Shown: positions 38,786 through 51,809 of the stretch, one piece after another
Layout of the letters: each line of letters begins with the position of its first letter
Numbering within the stretch: position 1 is the stretch's first letter
Assembly (NCBI GenBank): GCA_030265395.1
Contig: JARFYF010000119.1
Coordinates: 6,977,222-7,041,221, forward strand
DNA length: 64,000 bases
From: Rhina ancylostomus
Taxonomy: Eukaryota
Reading direction: 5' to 3'
Program-made: the position numbers and the translations under genes
Notes under the pieces: generated by a model
Databases searched by the model: none
What the model was told of the DNA's origin: nothing
What the model saw: the letters and a program-made list of their open reading frames with translations, nothing else

Positions 38786-39059
38786 ACATTGAATTGTCTT
38801 GGCTTCAGGGGTAATGGCATCTGGAGCTGATGGTCATTTACCTGATAAATCTCATTTGAATATTAACTATAATTTTACAGTTCAGTGGTCGAGCCAGACA
38901 TTTGGCAGGGGTTGCAAAGTGTCCTGCCATCATACCTCATTATACTTGTGGAATGCTTATTCTATTTTACAAGTCGTTCTGTGGTTTGTTCTAGATGAGC
39001 CATGTTATACAATGGAAAGTGTTTACTTTTTCATCTGTGGATCAGGCATTTCATCTTCT

Positions 39060-39990
39060 GTGATTTATCAGATACAACTTAGAGTTAACCATTGACATTA
39101 GGGATGATCAAATCCAGGGACCCTCACCATTGGATCTATCACATGATGTTTCTTTCAAAGTGAATTCCATTCGGTTTTCCAAACTTCATTAGGATTAGAA
39201 CCTAATCCTAGGTTTAAAGTCAAGTTGTCAGTCCAGAGGGCTTGTGAATCTTAAGTGTCGGTGAGGGGTCTTGTTGCGGTCCTGATGTATGGGGAGATAT
39301 TTGTTCTCGTTAATGTGTTGGACTTCCCATCAGGTTCGGCTTTTAGTGGTTGGAATGAGGATCAATGTCTGACAGCTTGGGCAGCCAGGGTGTTGAGGAT
39401 AACCTAAGGACCCCAGTGATACCTTGCATTGCAGTGTATCATTGTTTGTCAATCGTGTGATTATTCTGGTGCATCATACTCTGTACACAGTACACAAGAG
39501 TACATTTTGAAGTCTGTAGCAGTGATGCTGATGCTCCCCAAGTTGTGCTTGCTGGGGGTTTCTGGACCAGTTTGTCTTTGTCTTCTTCTTAACAGCCTCT
39601 TCTTCTACAGGGTGGCCTTGAAAGATTAGTATGTAGTCAGCTTTTGGGATAAGCTTAGCCATCCTGTAATCAAGATGGAATGCAGTGACTTTGTTTTGTG
39701 TGCTGGTTGGTTTGAGTCTCCATTTCTAGCTACATTCTTCCATGGTACTTAAATCAATGGATTTGATGTCACTGATACTTCCATTGCCGTGGCAAAGTCA
39801 TTCACATCTGTACATTTGTGAGTGTTTGTGGCAGCATTTGGCCTGTACACTTTAAAGAGGATTGGTATGAGTACCTAGCCTTGTGCTAATCTAGTGTTGA
39901 GGAGCTAGAGTGAACTGACTTTGGCACCCAAGTAGGCACATTGCTGCCCATTGCTCTGCATTGTCCATAGCATACAGTTGGAGGCAGGTC
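39060..39990 (-). mobile_element. Vingi/Ingi-like non-LTR retrotransposon fossil
   Basis: Frameshifted minus-strand peptides ASTTWGASASLLQTS..LVY..EYDAP, AMQGITGVLRLSSTPWLPKLSDIDP, LPIHQD..HLR and IDPMVRVPGFDHP*CQWLTLS follow the recalled order of post-RT motifs in this clade. Confidence 0.72.
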
Positions 39991-42900
39991 ACTGCAAGTG
40001 TTACTAACTGGGCACACAATTACTGTAAGAACAGTACGAGGTGGGAGGGTGATATTTCACAAATGGAGATATTTTAATGCTGAATCACTGCTTCTGTTGA
40101 TCTGTAAACCAGTTATTCATTCTGACTAGTAAAATAAGCAGTATCATACATTTCCTCTGTATTTAAGTGCTGGTTCCTTCAGACAATTAGTCAATTGAAA
40201 AACTGAAGTTGTTTTAATTATAAATTGATGTTTTAAATCATGAAAGGTATACTCACAATATGTTAAAGTTATTGAATCATACAGACCTTTTGGCCAATTG
40301 TCTAGCATCCATTTACACTAATCCTACATGAATCCCAAACAGTGTTACAAATTCCACTCTGAGATGAGCCAATCATTAAGTGGATCCAGTGCAAAAATTA
40401 CTGGTAGAGAATATTATGTGCAAGTACATGACTCAAGCTTAGCTAGTCTGAGGGCCTGAATAAAGTTAGACATAGTACACCCCAATCTATTGGAGATCAT
40501 TTTGACTTTGAACAGCAGTACAAAATGGGCAATATCAACTCGGTCACATTAAACACCTCTCTAGATTTTTATTTTCAGTAGAATTAATAGGACGGATGGT
40601 TGAATCAATATTGCCAATTTTATACAATAAATCAAGATCACAAAAATTTCCACAGTTAAATAGGTCAATGCAATCCTTAAAAAAATTTGCAAAGTCTTGT
40701 TCCCTAAAATGCAGTCACAGAAAAGGAACTGCTGGTTCAGATGTAATTTGGAAATGAAACTTCCAAAACGGAACACATTGTCAGGAATCAAAACGTCAAT
40801 GTGCATATTTATCTAAACACATCAGCTTTACTAAGATTGTTGTCATATGCAGTGGTTGAAGTGTCACTTGCAATGAAGATTAACCACATTTTACATGATG
40901 AAAGCATCATTATTTCAGAGACAACTAACATTGTTATTAAGGAAAGAAAATAAGCAAAAAAAAGTTTTAAATTCTCTTTGTTGGAGCTGATGAGTTCCAT
41001 TCTGGAAATTGCTTCCCTGCTCTCATAATCATGCACAAGACTGATTATTTTCCCCATCCAAAATGTTTGCTCACAAATGTTGGCCATCAGTCTCTTGATG
41101 TATGCTGGTCACAGATTTCTTTCCAATTACAGTACTCGACTTCATCCAATGAGTTAGTTGTCCTGGACTAGAACCTTGTTGGATGGGAGGTCAACAAGAT
41201 ATCAGCATAGCCTCCCTATCCATGATAACTTCAATTCTTAATTTTAATAAATATGTTATTTCTTGAAGACACAGTGGATCATTGATCAAGGTATCCATTG
41301 TAACTGAATTATGTGTCCTTGGGTACAGGATTATTTTGTGCTTGACCACGTGTTACAGAAGTGACACCAACCATTGAGTAAGCTGATAGACCACAGTAAG
41401 TGAAATGATGGAATTAATTTCAATTGAACAAAAGAAATATTTTGGGAGGTGAGTTGAAATGCAGTTGGTCAGACATTGCTCAGCTCTGAATTCCTGCAGT
41501 CTGCAGGGTTGTCACTTTAGGTTCCATTCAAAAGAGAAATACCTTGGATGTACTCTGAATCACAGTGGAGAAGAAACAAATGAGTGCCCTTCCAGAAATG
41601 ATCAGGCAATGGAATCCCATTGACAAGACCTAAAGAGTTCCCTAATTAATAAACTTGCATCTCTCTCCAGAAGTGAGATAAGAATGAAATACTCTGGGGC
41701 ATTCATCATTGATTAGCAGCACAATGTGGCCTTGTTTCATTCATTATTTTACAGTGCAAATTGAGGACACGGCTCCAGTAAGCAGGTGACAGTCCAAACA
41801 GAAACCAGCAGTCACTATTCTTTTGAGATTTTCCTTCCATAGATATAAAATATAATCATTCCCAATCTGTTTCAGAAGGTTAACAAGGTCTCACATATTT
41901 ACAAATGCTTTTTTCACTGTGATGTACATAACTGAAGAATTGAAATGGAGATTGGTACTATCTATGCGATTATTCCATAGTGTGCTGTTTTTGACATGTG
42001 TTTGATCATGATTATACTTATATTTATGGGTCTTGTTTAATTGTAATTAGAACTTCCTTTTTCCAGCTCCATCCCTATGATCATAATATCTGATTCCCAG
42101 TTGTTGTCAAGCTTTTTTCCTTCAACATTTCCTGCTCTGTTACTCTCTTCAATGCATTTACATTATTTTTGCCATCCGTGCATTCAAAATGTTGCTTGTT
42201 GTCAGTCTGAAGAGCTCTTGAGATAATCTAGAGTGTCAATGGAATCTGATGTACTTTTAATCTTTAAATCTTGTCTAATGACACAGCAGGAATTTCAAAT
42301 GTTGTAAATCATGGGCTTAGAACACAGACATAAAATTAATTTCAAGCAGAGTTCACTGATATCCGTTGTGTTAACACTAGCTTCATCCTGTGAATACTGG
42401 TTCTTTTCAGAAATGTGAATGAATGACATTGGGAATTCACTGAGTTAAATGAAATCCCAAAGTCTATCGCTTCCTAGGTTAGTTGAAAAAGTCCACTATT
42501 TCAACAAAAAGCCTATAGAGCACAAAGCTTGTTCAATCTCTTGCACTGTCTCTTTTTCTCTGAACAAAGACATATTCAGTCTTGTGGCAAATTTGAACTA
42601 CATTCTGTTTATATTTATGTTGCATTTTGAAAAATAACCTTGTGTCATGGGTTGCAATTAAAAGAAAAGTCCTTTGTATGTGAACTCTATCGTGGTCTTG
42701 TCCATTATGTTTACACTTTAATCCCTGCTGTCACCATGGTAACATGTCTTGTAAATCATTTTAATAGGTTAGCATACTGAGTTTAGTGTGATCAGAAAAG
42801 TAACAACCACCTCCCTGATTACATCTAATGCTACAAAAACAAAGGTAATATCTGAAAACTACCTTGCAAATATGATCCATTATTGTTTTAATTAGAGCAT

Positions 42901-44779
42901 CAATCAATGGGGTTTTGTTGTAGCAAGGCTTTAATAGATTTTTCCAAGGATTGAGTACCTGCCTAGAAATGTCCTAATATGGCAATGTTTCCCCTTAATG
43001 ATGGATGTGAAAATATCAGTCTGCACTCTGAAACTGCTTAGATACAATAACTAGCAGTTAGTTTTGTTTTGTACAAACACAGTAGAGTGAAAAATACCGA
43101 CCTCCAGTCCTGTTTTTAGTTTTCTCTTTGTTGTTTATCTCATGCAACTAATGACAGGAGCAATGTGTTGAAAATGAGGTACTGAATTCTAACCAAATTC
43201 ATCAAACTGGTTTATATCTGTATCCAAAGGAAATTTCTATCCTAGTCATTATTATCTCCTGTCCTCTATTTATCTCATGCTTCACTTGTATTTCTGAGTA
43301 TGGTTTTCAGTAGATGTTATTTTATGTTGTAATTTATGGGTCTATGTGATTGCTCATGGAAATAAATTATTGGCTTTATCAAACGATGAGTTTAGATCTG
43401 TGTCTTTTTTATTTTTATACACAATACTTTTGTCTAATATATGATGAACTACAAAAAACAGTTGATTATGTACAAACAATTGTCTTTAACACACTATATA
43501 AAAGTATCACCTTTAGACCTCAGTTTCTCAAATATCTACATTTGCCTGATCATTATGAAGGTATTCAACATTACATACCATTGCCCAATTAAATTAATTA
43601 ATTTCAGTTAAACATGTTTAATACGCAAGGTTTTGGAAGCAAGCCAAATAAAGCTGTTTGAAAGTAGAACAACCATCTTCACATTACTGCCCCTGCTCCA
43701 CTGAGAGATTATTCTGTTCAGCTACTGTGAATTTTAAATGCTGGTTAAAAAAAGAGTACAAAGGCACCATGTAGTACTTGGGATTGCTTAAAGACTGTGC
43801 AACAAGTCTTGGGCATGCTCATTTAAAATTAACATACAATGTTCTTACACATGAGATGAAGTAAAATGGGTGAGGTGATGTAAGGGGGAAGGAGGATTGT
43901 GATTGTAAGCACTAGTATAAATCTGTTGCACAAAAGGCCAGTTTATGTGTTGCATTTTCTTAGTAAGTTGCAAAGGAAACCTTCTCCCATTACTCCCAGA
44001 GTTGGATCTAAGTTTTTGGAACCTGATTTGAAATCCTATTCTTAATTTGTGTTTTACACCCAGCATACCTACACAGATTGGGAAATGCTTGGTTCATTGT
44101 GTTTGATGGAGAGAGAAAGAAAATTATCCCACACTAACTTACTTTTCAGGTGTCCTTGCTGGTAAGGCAACAAAAATGGCTCTTTGAGGAGTCACATACT
44201 TTCATTCACTAAACATCATCATGAAAAATCTCGAAGTTACCTTTTACATGATTGCACTGGCCCTGAGTTCCACACTCTGTCTCTTTTATCAGAAGCTTTT
44301 TTATTTAATTGCCTTAATGTTGATGATCCAAATAGCTTCAGACTAAATATTAACATACTATTGCTGGCTACTTCTAACTTCTCTAAGCATTCTTGGCCTA
44401 CAATGTTCCAACTCACATTAAGCTCAAAATTTACATCAGGTTTAGCCTTCTTCCCCGCATCCATTCCATCAGAAAGATGCATTTCTTTCCCCTCCAAAAA
44501 TTTGTCCGCCTCCACATCTATCTCTTTCCAAGTGAAAAAATAACAATAGTACGAATGATAATCACCTACAATTTGGGTAAAATGCCTAATTTTGTCTTTT
44601 CTGAAGTAAGATGATAAACCTTAATTTCTCTGGGCATCTAAAAGTAGTTAATGAGATGTGATCCAAATAGCAAAAAGTGTTACAAAAAGTAAAATCCAGT
44701 AATCTTTGCATCCAAATTTTGAATAATGCTTTGAGCTTTTTAAGAACTAGGTTAGTATAGTTTCTTAGAAACAAGGTAC

Positions 44780-44785
44780 TTTATT
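44780..44785 (-). promoter_or_regulatory. Candidate poly(A) signal of CD226
   Basis: AATAAA on - strand about 275 nt after the stop codon; use not demonstrable from sequence. Confidence 0.35.
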
Positions 44786-45059
44786 CCCCATCATGTGCAT
44801 TGGTAAGCTCATAATTTAAGTAAATTCCAAGTATAGAAATATACATTTGCCATAAACAAAATTTAACTGTTAAAAATAATGGTCATAAGATATTTAATAT
44901 CAAAAGAAATTGAATATTTTCAAAATTTGAAGAATGGAAAATCACAGTAAGGCTCACTTTTCAGAGGTGGAACTAATCACTTTGTTATTGAAGGAAATGA
45001 AAACAAAAACAAAGAGCAGTTTGTGGTGATGAAGGTTGGTCCAAGTTCTGTTAATGACA

Positions 45060-45182
45060 TCATTGATAGGTTCTTGGTCTGCCCGTCTGTGCTGGTTTCG
45101 GCAGGTTAGCATAAACGGCTTCCTTCTGCTCTTCCACAGTCCTAGAAGTAAATGCGTAGCTGTTTTGGTTGACTCTTCTCTG
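45060..45182 (-). CDS. CD226: CD226-like terminal coding exon with YxN (ITT-like) motif
   Basis: ctctttactaacag|CAG acceptor, phase 0. Translates QRRVNQNSYAFTSRTVEEQKEAVYANLPKPAQTGRPRTYQ*, aligning with human ..[22 protein letters not shown]. Confidence 0.88.
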   Translation of the reverse strand, partial: QRRVNQNSYAFTSRTVEEQKEAVYANLPKPAQTGRPRTYQ

Positions 45183-45559
45183 CTGTTAGTAAAGAGTTCC
45201 ATTAGAATTGTTTTGCAGACCAACAAATACCAAACAATGTCTGTACTTTGTTTTTATAAAATGAATAATTAATATCTATGAATAGTCAGTATTCATTATA
45301 GGGAACACAAACAATACTGAGAAACTGAGAGACAGAAATCATTTCAAGCAGAGTGAGTGAATCTTTATTAAGTTTGGGTTGTACTCCAATCATATTCTTC
45401 CAGTTAATCTATTCTTTTCTGAGAGAAGGATTTATTAATGTAATTAAATTAAGAATTTGTGCAATAATTGTTGTCCATGCAATTTAAGGAAAGGTTAGAA
45501 GAGGAGGCACTTTGTGCTACGTTAATTCTAAATGTCACAATATCATTGTCGCAACCAAT

Positions 45560-45820
45560 TCTGACAGTGAAAATTTCTTCTCGTGGTGGGTGGTGACTCT
45601 CTATAATTCTCCACTTTAGAGAGTTATGAATGCTAACTCATTAGAAGTATGTAAAGCAGAGCTAAATGAATTTTTGTAAGACTGGGCGATTAAAGACAAT
45701 GGAGATCTTATACAGGAGAAGTCGGGGCCTGAAGTAAATCAGCCATGATCATATTGAATGTTGGGACAGGCTTGAGGGACCTAGTGCCTATCTCTGCTCC
45801 TATTTTCTTGTGTTCCTGAG
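45560..45820 (+). mobile_element. CR1 3' end
   Basis: ttcttctcgtggtgggtggtgactctctataattctc..atcagccatgatcatattgaatg..ctgctcctattttcttgtgttc. Confidence 0.75.
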
Positions 45821-46189
45821 ACCTTGCTTAACATCGATACAGCTGTACTGACAGTGGGGTTTTCTAGAAAACAGTTAATACTAGGAACCAGAAGGAGTTT
45901 GTCCCACTTTCTCAGAAGTGTTGAGGTATCGCAGCTAATTCAGCATAAATCAGGGTACAGATAATGAACTACCTCAGGCAGATGAGCAACCAAGATAGCC
46001 AATGCTTCATTCCATTGACAAAAATGATAAGAGCTGGCCGTTGTTGCCTTTTGCCTGTCGGTACATCAACTGCTCATTGCATTCCATCATGTGTCATCTG
46101 ACCCTTGGATTCAATTACCTTTTCATTAAGTTCTACAGCTCACATGGAGGGCAATATGGTTGCATTTCAGCCAGAAAACAAAGATTCCA

Positions 46190-46420
46190 TTAAAGAAATA
46201 GATGAGTGTTTTGTGGACCCTCAAGACAATGCAGTTGATTCCAGTATGAGCTGCTAAAGGTAGAGTGCAGTTTGTTCTCTCTGAGGCTGAGATTAATAGC
46301 TTTGGATAGTCAAAGGACACAGGGATCAGGTGTTAATGTGGATGAAGGGAAAGAACAGCCTTTGAATGGCAAAGCAAGCTTGTGTGGTTGTGTTGCCTAT
46401 TCTTGCTTCTATCAGTTATG
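46190..46420 (+). mobile_element. CR1 3' end, old
   Basis: aggctgagattaatagctttggatagtcaaaggac..ttgaatggcaaagcaagcttg..cctattcttgcttctat. Confidence 0.65.
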
Positions 46421-46934
46421 TTCTCATGAACAGTTTATTCCACTTCAGTCTTCCAAGAAGCTTCATTGTAACTGCACTAGTGTATCTCTCTATTCCTGGC
46501 ATCGGCATGGGCTACCAGAATCAAATGCACAATCTGTCCTTCCATGTAGTTGCTATTATAACCAGATATTCAGTGAGTGCAAAAGCAGGAACATTGATTG
46601 GTTTTACCTGGTTGCTCATGGAGGTAAAACCAATGTTTATTCAAGGAAGTATATAACCAGGGAAACATTATTTAGTAAGTCCATTTAATCTTTGGGAAGA
46701 ACATTCTCACTGTTTTTCAAAGGCCAACTAACTGTAGCACACCAGAACAAATCCTCCCCCATGCCCTAAAACTGTTCACCTTAAGGTACCAGTTTCCATG
46801 CCTGTGATGTGATTGTTCTTCTTGGAACATGTTTGCTGCTTTGTAGATTCTTAACATATCCTCACAACCCAACAATCCATCTAGCTCTTTTTTTTAAGAA
46901 CTTATTCAATTAATCAATACAGCACCAGCTGAGA

Positions 46935-47135
46935 ATTAATAAAAACAGAAAATGTTGAAGATATTAGCAGGCCAGGTAACATCTGTGGAAGAGAAAAGGA
47001 CCATTTCAAATCAATGACCTTCAGAACCAGGACATTGACCTGAACCACTGATTTAGTGGTTCTTCCACAGATACCTGCTCAGTATCACGAGCATTGTTTC
47101 TGTTTTTATTTCAGATTTCTGGCATCTGCATTTTT
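46935..47135. mobile_element. Penelope-derived fold-back element
   Basis: aataaaaacagaaaatg..gcagg..atctgtggaaga opposite tcttccacagatacctgc..tttctgtttttatt (inverted arms). Confidence 0.75.
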
Positions 47136-48304
47136 TTGCCTTATCTGGGGGTTTGTTTTACATATGGTTAAGCTATTGTCAAAAATATTCCAGCTTTGGA
47201 ATACCACTGAGCCATGCTAGGATCAAGCCCAATATTGCTGACCCACCAGAATCTGTGATGCCAGTGGTACATCACCTTGTTACCAAGGGGCAGACCAGTG
47301 AAGTGGTACTTCAAAAGCACCCCTGGTGCCATCTTCTTTATGCCCACCATAAACTTCAACAGCAAACCACCCTTGGTGATTTTGCCTCAAGTCCCCATGC
47401 GACCATCCAGAACTAAGCAGATTCTCCATTTGTAACACACTTAAAGAACATAATAAGATTAGACAGAACAGATTATATCTTGCATGATAAATGATCTGTT
47501 GCAACATAGTCCAATTAACACCTGGTCTGTAATATTTGCATACATGCTTATGAAGATCAGTACACTTCAACAAATTCAACATGCTTCACCTCTGCTAAAC
47601 CAGGTCCCCTTGGTTCCAAAGTGATTTAGGTTATCCTTTTTTGCAGTTCCAACCTGTGACCATCCAACACCTTAGAAATGATGGGCATAACGTCAGACTC
47701 CTTACAGCATGAAGATGTATATCCTGAGCAAAGCAGAGTTTGGCATTTCCAAGTCTCTACCATTTTCATGAGTCTCCATACTATGAGATCAGTGGAACAT
47801 GATCTCTTAACTTCTAATATTTCATTTAAGCTAATCTACCTCAATGCTCATGTTACTAGCTGTGGGTTTAAATGCTTTTAACACTGAGAAACCTTTATCA
47901 AGTTTCTTCTTACCCAACATTTTGATGATTTAAACAAATGTGCTGTTTGGTGTTAGGCACTAACTGGATTCCCCCTAAGATTCTTACAAATATTACTGAT
48001 AACAATTAATCACATTTGTACTTCAATTTGTTTAAAAATTGAAATGGCAGCACTTTACCCCATTGCCTAATTTCCAATTTCAAAGGATACCTGCTGCATA
48101 AATAGGAGGATTAGGAACAGAGTGCTTCTTGTGCCAATAGTTGAGCATTTTTTCATTCATTTGCATTAAGAAACTCATATTCTTGCATTATAAATACTAA
48201 TTCTAAGCTGATGTAGTTCATCATTAGATTTACATTAACAGGTAATGTAGTAATGTTTACTAAATAATTTAACTGTACAGAGGTTGTCTTGCCTGATTTC
48301 TTAC

Positions 48305-48353
48305 GGTGCTCTTGCTTTTTAACTGTCTCTTGGCCCTTTTTCGTTTCTTTTTC
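48305..48353 (-). CDS. CD226: CD226-like polybasic juxtamembrane exon
   Basis: ttcttttcatcag|G...ACC|gtaaga; 49 nt, phase 2 to phase 0, after a 96-nt intron. Translates (R)KKKRKRAKRQLKSKST, parallel to the human RRRRRERR stop-transfer stretch. Confidence 0.88.
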
Positions 48354-48449
48354 CTGATGAAAAGAATAGTATACCTTAGTATGATGCAGATTAATCATTT
48401 CGCTAATCTATTAACCAGGCACAATTTATAAAAATCACAGAATACATAC

Positions 48450-48531
48450 CTCCACACGCAGACAACAATAATGATTATTGATAAAAGGATTCCAAGAGCA
48501 ACCCCACCAATAATTGGAAACATTTTAAAGT
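48450..48531 (-). CDS. CD226: CD226-like transmembrane exon
   Basis: ctaatttctttttatcttcatttacag|AC...TGGAG|gtatgt; 82 nt, phase 1 to phase 2. Translates (D)FKMFPIIGGVALGILLSIIIIVVCVW(R), a hydrophobic helix in frame with the Ig exon. Confidence 0.9.
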
Positions 48532-50599
48532 CTGTAAATGAAGATAAAAAGAAATTAGCATGTTATGTTTTAACTAAGTGGTGGAAGGTATTACTTGACA
48601 AATAGCAATAATATTTGATTTGCTAAAGCTGTCAGCTTTTGTTTTTACTGTGAGCTTTTACTGTCATTTCAGCTCTTACTGAATAATTTAATCATTACAA
48701 TTGAGAAGTTACTGTGCAAATAGTCCTGTGGCAGTACACACTGTTGTTCCAACAGCTCATATCATGGAATGGTTAGCAGAGGTCAAAGTCCCTCAATTTT
48801 GTCAAGTGCTATGAAATTCCATTCTGTTCAGGTGAATACTTATCGTGAAAATTTCTTAAGATTATACATATGCAAGTACAAAGGCCTGTTAAGATCTTCT
48901 ATTCAGAATAATAGATGCATAACACTGTCCCTAATCTATCTTGCTATGTTCCATTGCAGTGTTTTACTTTCCCCTTTCCTTAAAATAATGGACATTGTGC
49001 GAACCCTGATGATTGCAGCAGCTGCAGCAAGGGTAAAAGATAGCTGCTGTTTAAAATGAATCAAATAATTTACATGGATTTGAGTATCATAAGACATTTC
49101 CCCGCCATCCCGTCCAAGGGGATTAAATCATCGTGGGAGAACCTGTGAGTTCTTACTTAACCGTAGCAGGATCGTGGATTGGAGAATTAAGAGAGGATGG
49201 TTAGGGAGGGGCTGCAGGAGCATGAAACATTCTGCCTGTATCACACTGGGTCAACAGAATTGGCCCTTCTCTTTTGATTCTTGTAATTGCCTGAATGGGT
49301 TATTATCTAACTCCTGCATCCCAAGCAGCAAGTTCTGATCCAGTGCTACATCAGTGCTTTTCTTCAGATATCAATATCAACTAAACAATTACTTGCCTCC
49401 TAGTTTTCTATACATCTGTTAAGATATCTGGCTTCTTCTGTAAAACCTTGGACCTAACTGAGTGTGGGGAACTGGAAGGTCTTTATACACTCATTACTGT
49501 GGCTCCATCAAACCTCGATCAAATACTTATTAGTCTGGTCAGAAATTTGTAGAATGTGAGGCAAAGTGCTACTACACTTGTCAGACACAAAATGATCACT
49601 GATATAGCAGGAATGAAGTACATATCAGTTTGTTTAAAGTGAGGTCTAAATCCTGTAGAACATGTTGGGAAAAGAAGAAATCAACCTTACATAGACTCCT
49701 GGCCTGGTATAAAGAGGAAGTGGAACTAAACAGCTGCCTCTGATTGTGAAAGATTGCTCAACCTCAAAGGAAGCCCAGATCTCTAAATTAAGAATGGAAA
49801 AAGGTACGATGACCTCAGAGTCATGACATTCTGGGCAGAGGTGCGTCAAGAACATTCTAGAAGATTAGAAGAAACAGGATAAGAGGGTCATCGTGACATT
49901 GGTGGCGATAACCTGTAAACAACCATCACAGAAGGAAGACTCTGAGTTTGGAACTCAGAGAAGATTACAACCCCAACAGAGTGAATCTGGCCAATTCACC
50001 TCCCATGGGTAGTATTTAAGTCCAAGCTATGAGCCTTGTGCTTGAGCATAATGAGTGATGTTAGAACATATGGTACTGGAAATTAACTGTAAGCTGACAT
50101 ATCTAAGTAACTTGAGTACTAGTAAAGACTAAGTTGTACTAAACTNNNNNNNNNNNNNNNNNNNNNNNNNNNNNNNNNNNNNNNNNNNNNNNNNNNNNNN
50201 NNNNNNNNNNNNNNNNNNNNNNNNNNNNNNNNNNNNNNNNNNNNNCTTTAGTTTGAGAGTTTTGTTTGACATGTCACTTGATACCCTACAGAAGTAATGG
50301 GGTCAACAATCTCCAGCATGCTGTGGAGAAAGAAGCTGAGCGGAAACCACACAATGTGGCCACAGAGGACTGACAAAGACAGTTTCAAAATTTCCAATGA
50401 GATGATGAACTTATTCTGTTCAATTCTGGCTTTAAAAATAATATGATACAACATGGCTTCTGATTCATCTGCTATCATGCAGAAAGTTGACATATGCTCT
50501 CAGAGATTATGGATCCTGAGCAAGATAGTGCAGCAGCTTCACAAATTAGTTAGTTAATTGTAGACATTGGGTAATTNNNNNNNNNNGTATGATAGACAG

Positions 50600-51790
50600 G
50601 TCAAGAAAGTAAATATTGAACCCAGGATTCCGCAGGAGTAAATGGCTTCTATCCCAGGGCTTTAAAGCAGGCAGGTGAGAACGTGACAATGATTTTCCAA
50701 TGCTTTCTCATCCAGGAACCATTCCTTTAGAAAGGAAAAGTGCTAACGCTACTTAAGAATCATAGAGAAGTCGGGGAATTACAGATCAGCTTGCTCTTCA
50801 TCTGCTGTTGGAAAATTACTGACATCTATAATTAAGAATAGATGAGCTGAACACATTGAATATTTGCAACTTTGCACATTGAAACTTTGCAAAATTTGTC
50901 AGGATGGATTTATAAAGTATAAATTATGCTGAATAAAAAACTTGAAGTGATAACTAAGTTAGCAGATAAGAGAATGTCTATGGTTCTTTGTAAGGACTCA
51001 TTGAAGGCACGTGTTAAAGTTGAAGCATGCAGAATTGAGATCAAGTTATTGATCGGAGAAGAAAAATGGTTAAGAAGCAAGAGACAGAGATTAGGAAACA
51101 AAAGACAGATACTCAAATTGGCAAGGAGTGATAAATTGCACTCCAGAGGAATTTGTTTGGGGCCTCAACTAATCCCAGTTATTCTTCATGACTTGGATAA
51201 TTGTATAGAGATATAGATGATCTAAGTTTGCTTGTGACACCAGTAAGTAGCACAGCTACAAATAGATTAAGTGGATAGACTATAATGGGATCAAGGAGCA
51301 TGGGGAGAGCATCGAACGTGAAGCTAGCCAAGATTGAATGAACCCTGATCTTACTGAATGAGGAGCAGTTTTGATGGGCTCATTGGTCTACCCCTGATCC
51401 TTGTCCTAATGTGGGAAACTATGCAAAATGGATATTAAAAACAGAAATATGATCTCATCCTCTTCAAACCAAAAAAAAAGGATGTAGGAGAGTAGTTTCT
51501 AAATGGTTCAATGTTAGAAGCAGTGGGTACATTAAAATTCACAGACAAGTATGGAAAAATTCAAAACTGGACTTTAAATATAAAAGGTTCTAGAAAAGAA
51601 GGGGTTAGAAACTGTAGTATTTGTTGGATCTCATCCTAGAGAGCATTGTTCAGCTCTGGACACCACATCTTATGAAAAATAAATTGGTCTTGGAAAACGG
51701 TATTGGAACACCAAGCACTGTGCAAAATAGGGTTTTCTGCCTTGTAATTTAGAAGATAAATAGATGAGTTGATCAAAGTTTTTGATGTAT
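50600..51790 (+). mobile_element. Old CR1 LINE with a nested CR1 3' tail (~51260-51410)
   Basis: GNYRSACSSSAVGKLL, RGICLGPQL (GSVLGP) and LEHCSALD/WTPH-like motifs. Confidence 0.75.
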
Positions 51791-51809
51791 TTACAAGATA
51801 GTGTTCTAT

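Noticed and set aside
44954-45226. 90-aa ORF in the supplied track
   Set aside because: A different frame over the real terminal exon; the spliced frame gives the CD226-like tail.
49440-50145. Possible decayed Gypsy integrase/LTR segment
   Set aside because: Only vague motif echoes; no defensible alignment.
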